Shown: positions 28,428-38,125 of the stretch, piece after piece
Position numbering within the stretch: position 1 is the stretch's first letter
Layout of the letters: each line of letters opens with the position of its first letter
Assembly: GCA_947478395.1 (NCBI GenBank)
Contig: CANJVR010000001.1
Location: forward strand, 608,001-672,000
Source: Opitutia bacterium
GTDB lineage: Bacteria > Verrucomicrobiota > Verrucomicrobiia > Opitutales > Opitutaceae
Direction of reading: 5' to 3'
DNA length: 64,000 nucleotides
Program-made: the position numbers and the translations under genes
Notes under the pieces: generated by a model
Told to the model about the DNA's origin: nothing
The model's database searches: none
What the model saw: only the letters and a program-made list of their open reading frames with translations

Positions 28428-28546
28428 GTGGGCGGGGTGCCCTCACCCCGCCAATGCTCTTTGGGAGCGCGGCCGCCCCCGGCCGCTTTCCGACCATGCG
28501 ACCGAGGGCGGCCGCGCTCCCAGCGGGGTGAGGGCACCCCGCCCGC
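28428..28546. repeat. Composite REP element: family A arms enclosing a family B doublet
   Basis: Outer GGCGGGGTGCCCTCACCCCGC/GCGGGGTGAGGGCACCCCGCC; inner TGGGAGCGCGGCCGCCC/GGGCGGCCGCGCTCCCA at 28462-28522. Confidence 0.85.
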
Positions 28547-28599
28547 ATCGGGATCCAACGCAAAACCCAAAACTCGAAACTGCGCCGCCTGCCGCGGCG

Positions 28600-30426
28600 C
28601 TACATCCGGCAGATCAACAGTTCGCGCTCGTAAACCATTTCCTTCGGCAGGTGGGCGTGCAGATCGATGAACAGCTCCTCGTGGCCGAGCACCTCGGCGC
28701 GCCACGCGGATTTGTCGAAAGCCTGCAACTCGTCGAATTTTTCCTGCGGGAAATTAAGCCCCTCCCAGTCGATGTCCTGATAACGGGGCACCCAGCCGAT
28801 CGGGGTCTCTTTCGCCCGGCCGCCGGCCCGCACGCGATCGAAAATCCATTTGAGCACGCGCATATTTTCCGAAAAGCCCGGCCAGAGAAACTTGCCGTCC
28901 TTGTCCTTCCGAAACCAGTTCACGTGGAAAATCCGCGGCGTCTCCGTGAGCTTGCGCTGCATATTAATCCAGTGCCGGAAATAATCGCCCATGTTGTACC
29001 CGCAAAACGGGAGCATCGCCATCGGATCGCGGCGGACTTTGCCGATCGTTCCGGCCGCGGCCGCAGTCATCTCGGAGCCCATCGTCGCGCCGACGTATAC
29101 GCCGCTTGACCAGTTAAAGGCCTGGTAAACCAACGGCATTGTCGTGGCGCGGCGGCCGCCGAAAATAAACGCACTGATCGGTACGCCGTCCGGGCTTTCC
29201 CAGGCGGGATCGATCGTCGGACACTGGCTCGCCGGCGCGGTGAAGCGTGAGTTCGCATGCGCCGCCTTCACGCCTTTTTCCTGTGCGAGCTGGGGCGTCC
29301 AGTCCTGACCCTGCCAGTCGATCAAATGCGCGGGCGGCTCGTCGGTCATGCCCTCCCACCACACGCCGCCGTCATCGGTGAGCGCGACGTTTGTGAAAAT
29401 GGTATTCTTCGCGAGCGCCTTCATGGCGTTCGGGTTGGTGGTGTTGCTCGTGCCGGGCGCGACGCCGAAGAAACCCGCCTCGGGATTGATCGCGCGCAGC
29501 CGGCCGCTCGCGTCGGGTTTGATCCAGGCGATGTCGTCGCCGACCGTCCACACCTTCCAGCCCTGCTTCCGAAAATGCGCGGGCGGGATGATCATCGCAA
29601 AGTTCGTCTTGCCGCACGCGCTCGGAAATGCGGCCGCCACGTAGGTTTTCTTTCCCTGCGGATTCTCGACGCCGAGGATGAGCATGTGCTCAGCCATCCA
29701 GCCTTCGTCGCGCGCCATGGCGGAGGCGATGCGGAGGGCGAAACATTTTTTGCCGAGCAGCGCATTGCCACCGTAGCCCGAACCGTAACTCCAGATCTCG
29801 CGCGACTCGGGGAAGTGGACGATGTACTTCTCCTTGTTGCAGGGCCACGCCACATCGGCCTCGCCTTTTTTCAGCGGCGCGCCGACGGAGTGCAGACACG
29901 GGACGACGCGCTTGAAATCTTTGTCGATGAGTTGGAAGATTTTTTTCCCGATGCGCGCCATGATGCGCATGTTGACGACGACGTACGGCGAATCGGTGAG
30001 CTGCACGCCGATCTGCGACATCGGCGAACCGACCGGGCCCATGCTAAAGGGCAGCACATACATCGTCCGGCCTTTCATGCAGCCACTGAAAACGCCCTTC
30101 AGCGTTTTCCGCATTTCAAACGGATTGACCCAGTTATTGGTCGGACCCGCGGCTTCCTTAGAAAGCGAGCAGATGTAAGTGCGATCCTCGACGCGCGCGA
30201 CATCGCCGGCGTCGCTGCGCGCCAGATAACAGTTAGGCCACTTTTTCTGGTTCAGCTTGATGAACGTACCCGCGGCGACCAACTCCGCACAGAGGGCGTT
30301 GTTTTCCGCCGCAGAACCGTCGACCCAGTGCAGGGCATCGGGTTTGCAGAGGTCGACCATCTTGTCGACCCAACGCAGCAAATGCTTGTTGGTGCTGAGC
30401 GGCGTAGCAGGGTTACGCGATTTCAT
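28600..30426 (-). CDS. pckG: Phosphoenolpyruvate carboxykinase (GTP)
   Basis: [59 protein letters not shown] and NWFRK. Confidence 0.97.
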   Translation of the reverse strand: MKSRNPATPLSTNKHLLRWVDKMVDLCKPDALHWVDGSAAENNALCAELVAAGTFIKLNQKKWPNCYLARSDAGDVARVEDRTYICSLSKEAAGPTNNWVNPFEMRKTLKGVFSGCMKGRTMYVLPFSMGPVGSPMSQIGVQLTDSPYVVVNMRIMARIGKKIFQLIDKDFKRVVPCLHSVGAPLKKGEADVAWPCNKEKYIVHFPESREIWSYGSGYGGNALLGKKCFALRIASAMARDEGWMAEHMLILGVENPQGKKTYVAAAFPSACGKTNFAMIIPPAHFRKQGWKVWTVGDDIAWIKPDASGRLRAINPEAGFFGVAPGTSNTTNPNAMKALAKNTIFTNVALTDDGGVWWEGMTDEPPAHLIDWQGQDWTPQLAQEKGVKAAHANSRFTAPASQCPTIDPAWESPDGVPISAFIFGGRRATTMPLVYQAFNWSSGVYVGATMGSEMTAAAAGTIGKVRRDPMAMLPFCGYNMGDYFRHWINMQRKLTETPRIFHVNWFRKDKDGKFLWPGFSENMRVLKWIFDRVRAGGRAKETPIGWVPRYQDIDWEGLNFPQEKFDELQAFDKSAWRAEVLGHEELFIDLHAHLPKEMVYERELLICRM

Positions 30427-30658
30427 TGGGGTTAAGCTGAAAAGTCCTGCCGCCGAGTAAATAGTAAAGCCGGTGGCCGCGCGGGCGGGCCTTGAGGAAG
30501 TCAGAGGCTTCGAACGCGTCGCGAAGGTCGAGCGCCGATGAGTCGAGGATGGTGACCAGCAGGACTTTTCCCTGATCGAGGCGTTTGATATTCGAGCCGG
30601 TGACGGTGAAGGCTTCGAGCGCGACGGCTGCGGCGGTGATCAGGCGGAATGTTTTCGT
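30413..30658 (-). pseudogene. Truncated N-terminal remnant of a TonB-dependent receptor
   Basis: Frame not in the ORF track: (ACG)[58 protein letters not shown], resembling a TonB box and plug start. There is no ATG and no barrel. Confidence 0.65.
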
Positions 30659-30683
30659 GGTGGGTGGAGGTAAGGGAAAGAGA

Positions 30684-31670
30684 TCAGTTTTTCGAACGGG
30701 CTGAGTTCGCCGCTGCGGCGCGCGTGTATTTTTCCAGGAAGGCCAATAGCGTCGGCCGAATATCGAACGGCAGCGGTTTTTTGTCCCAGCTCTCGAGATC
30801 GAACATGTGGCCGACGCCCTCCAGCAGGACGAGTTCGTGCGCGACGCCTTTCGCGCGCAGCGCGTTCGCGAGTTCGACCGCCTGGCCGTAGTTGACCGTC
30901 GGGTCGGAGAGCCCGTGCATAATCAGCGTCGGCGGTGAACCGGGCGCGACGTACGTCACGGGTGACGCCAATTTCCAGACCGCGGCGCCCTCGGCACGAG
31001 AAACGCCAATGACCTCGGGCGCGTGGCTGTCGTACAATTTTCCCGTCGGCGTTCCGTCCTCCGCGGCCTGCTGGCGCGTGAGAAGATTCGTCATGCCGTA
31101 GAAATCGACGACGGCGCACACCCGGCTCGACACGCCAGGATAGGGCGCGGCGGGCTCGAACTCCGGGCGATCAGAGTAAGCCGCCATCAGCGCCAGATGT
31201 CCGCCAGCCGACGTGCCCATCGCCACGATGCGCTCGGGATCGACACCGTACTTTGCCGCATTCTGCCGGATGAAACGCACCGCATTTTTGCAGTCCTGCA
31301 AGTTCTGGGGCCAAGCGTGGGCGCCGAGCACGTAGTTCACGGTCACAAAAACGTAGCCGGCCGCGGCGAGATTCGCACCGATGTTTTGTTCCCGCGGATC
31401 GGCCTTGTCGCCACGCACCCAACCGCCGCCGTGAAAATAAACCACGGCCGGCCGCAGGGGCGCCGTGCCGCGCGCCGCGGGTTGATAGATGTCCAGTTTT
31501 TCCGCGCGACCTTCGCCGAGATAGGCGACGTCGGCCACGAGTTCAACACCCGGGGCGCTCGCGGCCGACAACGCCGTGATGGCGTCGGTGAAAAACAGCG
31601 GGATGAGTGCGAGGCCGGTGCTCATTCGCCAGCGCCTACGGTTGCGGGAGGAACTTGTTGGAGTGATCAT
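30684..31670 (-). CDS. Exported alpha/beta hydrolase (HSL/BD-FAE-like esterase)
   Basis: Signal-like N-terminus, HGGGW, GTSAGG nucleophile elbow, HGLSDPTV and GH. Start set at MITPTS. Confidence 0.88.
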   Translation of the reverse strand: MITPTSSSRNRRRWRMSTGLALIPLFFTDAITALSAASAPGVELVADVAYLGEGRAEKLDIYQPAARGTAPLRPAVVYFHGGGWVRGDKADPREQNIGANLAAAGYVFVTVNYVLGAHAWPQNLQDCKNAVRFIRQNAAKYGVDPERIVAMGTSAGGHLALMAAYSDRPEFEPAAPYPGVSSRVCAVVDFYGMTNLLTRQQAAEDGTPTGKLYDSHAPEVIGVSRAEGAAVWKLASPVTYVAPGSPPTLIMHGLSDPTVNYGQAVELANALRAKGVAHELVLLEGVGHMFDLESWDKKPLPFDIRPTLLAFLEKYTRAAAANSARSKN

Positions 31671-31739
31671 GAAAAACGAGATCGAAGTTGGACCAAGGGC
31701 GGGCCGGACGCGAGAGAATCGCGGCCGCTTGGAGGGCGT

Positions 31740-32248
31740 CGAACCGACCTTTCCATTTCGCGACCAATTGAAACAAAGCATCGGCGTTAGTCCCACACGG
31801 CCGACTTTTCTATCTCGCCGATTTCCGCGAGGCCGACGACCACCGCAGCAGAAATAATCGGGCCGATCCGTATCCCGAGCAATGTAACGAAGCCATCGCC
31901 GAACTCCGCAGTTTTGCGACCCTCCCATTCGATCCCAGTGCCAAACAAGGCTTCGTAGACGACTGCCGCGGCAACGCCCGGTTTCACCTCTGTATCGTCC
32001 GCACGGCGCGAAACCCGATGTTGGAAAACATCGCGATGTCCGCCCTCGATATTTCCCCAAGGCCGACCTACCCGCGCATCGTACACCCGCACGATTTCGA
32101 ACCGACGCCGATAAACATTATCGCCGCATCCAGCGCATCGCATCACCTGCCGGCATTTCTCCCCGGTGAACAGGCTCTGTATTTTCTTCGGCACGCGGCT
32201 TGGTCGTCACGCGCCCGCTCAACCGCCGCCGCATTTTGCGGCTCGTAA
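31740..32248 (+). pseudogene. Degenerate GntR-family regulator remnant
   Basis: One frame reads DQLKQSIGVSPT (HTH-like); a shifted frame reads VPHGRLF...NARFHLCIVRTARNPMLENI (FCD-like). No intact start. Confidence 0.4.
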
Positions 32249-32274
32249 CTGAATGCCTTACCAGTGAACGAGGA

Positions 32275-33183
32275 TCATTTCGCCGGCTCAATGTGCACGC
32301 TGACGTCGCTGATGGCGTGGCGGCCAGACGCGAGGAGCGCATCTTTCACCGCATGGGCGATATCATGGCCGGCACGCACCGTAAGTTCGCCGTCCACGCG
32401 CACCTGGATGTCAACGAGGTGACTTAGCCCGCTCTTGCGCACCCGAACCTTGTCCAGCGCGGCGACTCCCGGCACGGCCAGCGCGAGCGCGCGGACCTCG
32501 TTTTCAAAATCCTGTGCGACCGCCGTGTCCATCACGTCGCGGAGCGCCTTGCCGAACATGCCGACGCCGTTGAACGAAATCACGACGCACGCAAAAAGCG
32601 CCGCCCAGTCGTCGGCCGTCTCCCAGCCCTTGCCGCCCCACAGCGCAATAACGATACCCACGAAGGCTGCGGCCGAAGTCATCGCATCGGACCAATGGTG
32701 CAGCGCCTCGACGCCGAGCGCCGTGCTGCCGACCTCCTCGCCGGCCGCCTCCATCCGGCGCGAGAAAATCATCTTCACCACAATCACGCCCGCTAGCACC
32801 AGCAGTGTCCACCACGCCGGACCCTGATGCGGCGTGATGATCTCGTGCACCGCGTAGACTGCGATCCAGCCGGCCATCACGAAAACAAAGAGCGCCACCG
32901 CCAGCGCCGCGAGCGGCTCCGCCTTGCCGTGACCGTACGGATGATCCGCATCCGGCGGCCGCGCCGCCACGCGGAAGCCGGCCCACACCAGCGTCGACGA
33001 CAGGATGTCGAGCAACGACTCCGCCCCGTCCGCGATCAAAGCATACGTGTGGCCGAAAACCCCGCCCGCGATCTTGACCGCCGCGAGCGTCGCATTGAGC
33101 GCGATGCCGCGCAGCACGAGCCGCGCGCTGTCGTGGGCGCGCCTCTGCGTGGCGGCGTGTTGGCGGGCGATTGCAGTGGGCAC
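32275..33183 (-). CDS. Cation diffusion facilitator, FieF-like
   Basis: ALIADGAESLLD, HPYGHGKAE, HHWSD, GHDIA and VHIEP. Confidence 0.93.
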   Translation of the reverse strand: MPTAIARQHAATQRRAHDSARLVLRGIALNATLAAVKIAGGVFGHTYALIADGAESLLDILSSTLVWAGFRVAARPPDADHPYGHGKAEPLAALAVALFVFVMAGWIAVYAVHEIITPHQGPAWWTLLVLAGVIVVKMIFSRRMEAAGEEVGSTALGVEALHHWSDAMTSAAAFVGIVIALWGGKGWETADDWAALFACVVISFNGVGMFGKALRDVMDTAVAQDFENEVRALALAVPGVAALDKVRVRKSGLSHLVDIQVRVDGELTVRAGHDIAHAVKDALLASGRHAISDVSVHIEPAK

Positions 33184-33317
33184 CCCTCCAACTTACGAAT
33201 CCGCGCCAACGCCGCGCGAGACCGGAATCGGCGAACCCACGCAACCGGTAACCGCGGCGCCACCAGCCTCGCGACCTCCGCGTTGACCCGCGTGCCGCGA
33301 CCGTCATCGTGGCGGCC

Positions 33318-33773
33318 ATGGCGGATAATAGCATACTCATCGCGACCGATCCGGTGCGCCAGTTCTCCGTCTTCGTCGAAAATCGGGTTGGCCGGCTGCA
33401 CGAACTGACCGCGCTCCTAAAATCGAACAATGTTCACATTATGGCGATCACGGTGCTGGATTCGACAGACAGCACGATTGTGCGTCTCGTCGTCGACGAT
33501 CCGGACAAAGCCCGCGAGCTCATGGTGAATAATGATTTTCCCTACACCGAATGCCCCGTCCTCGCCGTCGAAATTGCCGATGAATCCGATCTGAAGTCCG
33601 TGCTGGCCGCGCTACTCGAGGCGGAGATCAATATTCATTATATCTACAGCTTTATCAAACGACCCGAAGGTCGCGCCGCTCTCGCCATCAGCGCCGAGGA
33701 TGCCGACACCGCCACGCAGTCACTCGGTCTCCACGGCTTTCGCACGCTGACGCAGAGCGATATTTCGCGATAG
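33318..33773 (+). CDS. Tandem ACT domain protein
   Basis: QFSVFVENRVGRL, RLVVDDPDKA and EINIHYIYSF. Confidence 0.88.
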   Translation: MADNSILIATDPVRQFSVFVENRVGRLHELTALLKSNNVHIMAITVLDSTDSTIVRLVVDDPDKARELMVNNDFPYTECPVLAVEIADESDLKSVLAALLEAEINIHYIYSFIKRPEGRAALAISAEDADTATQSLGLHGFRTLTQSDISR

Positions 33774-33853
33774 ATGCCGGCTGAAGTCACGCCGGGCTTT
33801 AGCCCGCCGGCTTGACTCGCTCAGAACGCGGCTGAAACGCCGCGCCTTACGCC

Positions 33854-34531
33854 CTAGCCCTTGATCTCGGCCATCTTCTCTCCAGCGAGCTCGTAGATGC
33901 CGGTCAGATAACCGTTCTCGAAGGCCGCGCCAACTTTCAAGGTTCCAAAAAACGAAACCGGCACATCCATGACCACCGGCACCCCCTGCGGAATCCGGAC
34001 AATCACCCAATCATTGATATTGGGAATGGCGCCGAAACAGCACGCCATCTGGTTCGCCATAAGAATAAATTCCGTGCATTTGCCCTTCTCCAATTTCGTC
34101 GGCTGCATGAAACCCGTCACGAGCGCCTTTTTTCCGCTCCAGCTTTTGACTTGGGCCGGAATTTGTTCTTCACCGGTCGGCGGATGCGCCTTCGGATCGG
34201 CAACCGGATCAAACTGCGGCGGCACAAATTTAAAACCGGAAAGACGATCGAAGCCGAGCTTCAGGTAGCCGTTCTCCTTCTCGGGCTCACCCACCGGCTT
34301 AGCCTGAACAGCTTCGGGCGCCGTCACCGCTGATTCAGGAGCGACCGGCAAAGCCAAAACCACTTGTCCTGCTCCAGCGGGACCGGCATCGCCGGACCGC
34401 GCCGCTGCGGCCATCGGGCCGGTGCCGCAACACAATGAATGATCCACCAGCCCCTGCGGAAACAAACCCGCCTGCAACGAAGCTGCCAATACCATCGAAC
34501 CGATGACCAAGGGGAAGGCGCGGGTTTTCAT
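33854..34531 (-). CDS. DUF3299-like exported protein
   Basis: Signal peptide, GKKALVTGFM.P, EFIL..NQMACCFG..P..N and GIYEL. Start set at MKTRAFP. Confidence 0.75.
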   Translation of the reverse strand: MKTRAFPLVIGSMVLAASLQAGLFPQGLVDHSLCCGTGPMAAAARSGDAGPAGAGQVVLALPVAPESAVTAPEAVQAKPVGEPEKENGYLKLGFDRLSGFKFVPPQFDPVADPKAHPPTGEEQIPAQVKSWSGKKALVTGFMQPTKLEKGKCTEFILMANQMACCFGAIPNINDWVIVRIPQGVPVVMDVPVSFFGTLKVGAAFENGYLTGIYELAGEKMAEIKG

Positions 34532-34672
34532 AACGATCCAGACCGTACAGGCGGAACTGCGCTCGTCAAAATATTTACTCATCCTTCGCGGCGCGAAAAA
34601 TCACGGGGATCGAGGAGTCCGGCCAATAAAGTTTCTGGCCGAAGTCCTGCTTCCCGTTAGGGTTCCTCGTTC

Positions 34673-36409
34673 ATGCCCACCGAGCCACTCAACGCCGCCC
34701 GCCTCCCAGGCTACATTGCCCGGGCCCGCCGCGCCCTGTGGCCGGGGCTGACGCTAGCGGTGCTCCGCGCGCTGGCCATTGCACCATGTCCGTTGATCCT
34801 GAAGCACATCATCGATCACGAAGTGCCGACCAGCGATGCTCGGGGAGTTCTACTTTGGAGTAGTCTTTTCGCCGGCCTGATGGGGGTGCACTACCTTGGC
34901 TCAATTCTCGGAGCCCGGCAGCTCGCCCAAGCCCTAGCCCGCTTGATGGTCGAACTCCGCAGCCGGATTTTTTTCCGCCTTCAATTTCTCAGTTTCAGCT
35001 ACCTCGACCGGCAAAAAACCGACCGGCTTGTGTCCAAATATACCAGCGATACACAGGCCATCGAGGCCCTGCTTTCCGCGATCCTGAATCAACTCCTACC
35101 CGCGGTTCTCTACAGTCTCACGATTCTCACCGTCCTCGCCGTGATAAACTGGCGGCTCGCGACGGCATTCCTAGTGACATTGCCGGTGTGGGCCTTCGCG
35201 AAATGGCTTTTTTTCGCGCGACTACAACGCAGCGATCAGGCAGCGCAAATCGCCGAGGCGAAGCTCACGGGAACCGCCAATGAATTTATTTCCGCTCTCC
35301 GACTCGTGCGCAGTCTCGGGGAGGAAAAGCATCTCGAACGCGTGCTCTTCGATCGTAGCGGCGATTTCGCACGCAGTCGGGCGGACCATTCGTGGATGAG
35401 CGCGGGCTTCGCCTCGTTCAGTTACGTTGGCGCCCAGACCATCGCAGCCCTCATCGTCGGCGGCGGCGCTTTGCTCGCCATCCGCGGCCACATGACTCCG
35501 GGGACACTCGTCGCTTTTCTCGCCGCCCTGCCCATGATCCTAGCGCCCGTACGAAGCGCGATCGGCCTGCGCGCCCCTTGGTTCGCCGCGCAGGAAAGCT
35601 ACAAGAAGGTCAAGGAGTTGATCGATTCGCCCTACGTCGAGGACTGGCACGGCGCGCGGCGCGAACAACGGCTCAGCGGCGATCTTGTTTTCGACCGCGT
35701 GGGCTTCACGTATCCCGGAACGGACCATCCGGCCATCCGTAATTTTTCCTTCACCATCCGCCCGGGCGAAACGGTGGCCCTCGTCGGACCGCCAGGCGCC
35801 GGCAAGACCACGCTGACGAATTTGCTCCTCGGGCTCTACGCTCCGACCACTGGTCAGATCGTCATCGACGGAGTGCCGCAGCGCGAATGGGACATGCGGT
35901 GGATCCGTCGCCAGCTCGCCGTCGTAACGCCAGAAAGTATCATGCTCTCCGGCACGATCGAGGAAAACATCCGCTTCGCCCGCTCAGAGGCGACCGACGC
36001 GGAAGTTCGCACCGCGGCCCGGCTCGCGCAGGCCGACGATTTCATCCAGCGCCTGCCGCACGGTTATCTCACCCTCGTGGGCGAACACGGGGTCGCGCTC
36101 ACGGCTGAACAACGCCAGTACCTCGCCATCGCCCGAGCCGCGCTGCGCGATGCACCGATCCTCATCCTCGACGAAGCCACGTCCGCATTGGATTCGGAAA
36201 GCGCCGGGCCCGTTCAACTCGCGCTCGAGCGTCTCGCCGCTGGTCGCACCGTGATCACCCTCGCGCATCGGCTCAGCGCGGTGAAAAAGGCCAGCCGCAT
36301 CGTGCTGCTCGACGGCGGCAACATCATCGACGAGGGCGACTACGCCGCGCTCACCGCGCGGCACGAGAAACGTCGCGAATCCGCGAACCCAGATGTCTCG
36401 TTGGGCTGA
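34673..36409 (+). CDS. ABC exporter half-transporter with degenerate NBD motifs
   Basis: TMD, GPPGAGKTT, ILDEATS and AHRL. The Q-loop reads VTPE and the signature reads LTAEQ. Confidence 0.88.
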   Translation: MPTEPLNAARLPGYIARARRALWPGLTLAVLRALAIAPCPLILKHIIDHEVPTSDARGVLLWSSLFAGLMGVHYLGSILGARQLAQALARLMVELRSRIFFRLQFLSFSYLDRQKTDRLVSKYTSDTQAIEALLSAILNQLLPAVLYSLTILTVLAVINWRLATAFLVTLPVWAFAKWLFFARLQRSDQAAQIAEAKLTGTANEFISALRLVRSLGEEKHLERVLFDRSGDFARSRADHSWMSAGFASFSYVGAQTIAALIVGGGALLAIRGHMTPGTLVAFLAALPMILAPVRSAIGLRAPWFAAQESYKKVKELIDSPYVEDWHGARREQRLSGDLVFDRVGFTYPGTDHPAIRNFSFTIRPGETVALVGPPGAGKTTLTNLLLGLYAPTTGQIVIDGVPQREWDMRWIRRQLAVVTPESIMLSGTIEENIRFARSEATDAEVRTAARLAQADDFIQRLPHGYLTLVGEHGVALTAEQRQYLAIARAALRDAPILILDEATSALDSESAGPVQLALERLAAGRTVITLAHRLSAVKKASRIVLLDGGNIIDEGDYAALTARHEKRRESANPDVSLG

Positions 36410-36446
36410 AAAGAACGGGCGCGGGCTTTAAAATTTGGTTTTCATC

Positions 36447-36487
36447 TCGACCCCGTCGACGGGGCTATCCCCTCGCGACGGGGTCGG
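36447..36487. repeat. Isolated GC-rich inverted repeat
   Basis: CGACCCCGTCG...CGACGGGGTCG downstream of the ABC gene. Confidence 0.5.
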
Positions 36488-36492
36488 GACCG

Positions 36493-36705
36493 GTGCGAAG
36501 TCAAACGGCCAACCCGCCACCGAGACTCCACTTAATCAGAGAGCGACGCCGAATCGGCGCGTTAAGAATGGCCGACCGCGTGAATTTGAACATCCGGACG
36601 CTTCATGAAATCGAGGCCCGCCAGCCGAATATTCTGGTGACAACGGCCCAGCGGTTGAAGCGAGCCCTGCGCTGCGAATGGACCCGTACTCGGCTGAGGA
36701 ATTAA
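36493..36705 (+). pseudogene. XRE/Cro HTH regulator remnant
   Basis: MADRVNLNIRTLHEIEARQPNILVTTAQRLKRAL matches HTH_3 helices 2-5; the N-terminus is eroded. Confidence 0.55.
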
Positions 36706-36814
36706 CGCCGCGACACACCCCGGGCCGGCTATTGTCGCGCGAAATTTGCTGATTTGCCTAGTCCCAGACTGCGATTGAAATGCGTTTTATTCCTGCTGAG
36801 GTCTGACTCCTCGC

Positions 36815-38011
36815 ATGAATCACCCCGCTTTGCGCGACCTGCTCATCACGTGGGCCAACATTAATTCCGGCAGCGATCACCCCGCGGGACTCGATCACAT
36901 GTGCGCCGCGCTCCGAGCCGAGTTCGCCGCCTTGCCTGGCGCCACCACCGAGGAGATCGCCCTGCCCAACACCCACGCGCGTGCACTCCGCGTTCGCATG
37001 CGACCCGACGCGGCCCGCCAAATTTTACTGAGCGGCCACTACGACACCGTTTACGGCGCGGATCATCCTTTTCAGAGCTGCACGCTGCTCGACGAGGTCA
37101 CGCTGCGAGGCCCGGGCGTTGCGGACATGAAAGGTGGCCTCGTGGTCATGCTCGCCGCGCTGCGCGAATTCGAGCGATCGCCGCACGCCGCTCGCATCGG
37201 CTGGGAAGTGCTGCTGACGCCGGACGAGGAAACGGGGTCGACTTCGTCGGCCGCGCTGCTCGCGGCCACTGCGCCGCGGTTCGCGTTCGCGCTGCTCTTC
37301 GAGCCGGCCCGCGCCAACGGCAACTTGGTGAAGTCGCGCAAAGGCACCGGTATTTTCACCCTCACAGTCCACGGTCGCGCCGCCCACGCGGGGCGCGATC
37401 CCGGCGCCGGCCGCAACGCCATTCTCGCCCTCGCCGAAATTCTGCCGCGGATCGACGCGCTCAATCGCGAACTCGACGGCGTCATGCTGAACGTTGGACG
37501 CATTCATGGCGGCGGCGCGGTCAACATCGTTCCAGATCTCGCCCACGCCGATCTCAATCTCCGCATCACCCGCGCCTCCGACGAAACCGCCGTACGCGCA
37601 CGAATCGGCGACTTAATCGACGCCATCAACCATCGCGAAGGCTATCACGCGGTTCTCACCGGCCAACTCAACCGGCCACCCAAGGAAGCCACCGCCGCCG
37701 AAGAAAACCTTTTCGCCGCGTGGCAAACCTGCGCGGCGGAACTCGGCGTCACACTGGACTGGCAACACGTCGCCGGAGGCAGCGACGGCAATCTGTTCTC
37801 CGCCGCCGGCCTGCCCAACCTCGATGGTCTTGGCCCCGTCGGCGACCACCTGCACAGCGCCGACGAATTTATCCACCTCCCCAGTCTGGCGGAACGCGCC
37901 AAGATCGCCGCCTGCTTCCTCGCTCGCATCGCGGCCGGGGAAATCACCCCGTCCGACCATCCGTCCACAATATCCGCGCCAATCGCCATCAAAACAGTGC
38001 CGCCATGTTAG
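36815..38011 (+). CDS. M20 family metallo-amidohydrolase (carboxypeptidase G2-like)
   Basis: GHYDTV, GPGVADMKGG, DEETGS, FEP, AHAG, GGSDGN and H.ADE. Confidence 0.92.
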   Translation: MNHPALRDLLITWANINSGSDHPAGLDHMCAALRAEFAALPGATTEEIALPNTHARALRVRMRPDAARQILLSGHYDTVYGADHPFQSCTLLDEVTLRGPGVADMKGGLVVMLAALREFERSPHAARIGWEVLLTPDEETGSTSSAALLAATAPRFAFALLFEPARANGNLVKSRKGTGIFTLTVHGRAAHAGRDPGAGRNAILALAEILPRIDALNRELDGVMLNVGRIHGGGAVNIVPDLAHADLNLRITRASDETAVRARIGDLIDAINHREGYHAVLTGQLNRPPKEATAAEENLFAAWQTCAAELGVTLDWQHVAGGSDGNLFSAAGLPNLDGLGPVGDHLHSADEFIHLPSLAERAKIAACFLARIAAGEITPSDHPSTISAPIAIKTVPPC

Positions 38012-38125
38012 CCGCGGAATGCGCGGAGCGCGCAGTTGATTTGAACAAAGCCGTCGCGCACAACGCTTCATCGCCCAAAAGGCCGCGAAACAAGACCACA
38101 CCCGCTCTCCCTCCCCTCAATCCCC

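Noticed and set aside
28316..28600. Possible M-box/Mg2+ riboswitch upstream of mgtE
   Set aside because: The hairpins are REP families A and B, which recur elsewhere in the window.
31787..32194. 135-aa minus-strand ORF with a CxxC
   Set aside because: No family is recognisable, and the opposite strand is better explained as a GntR relic. Not fully excluded.
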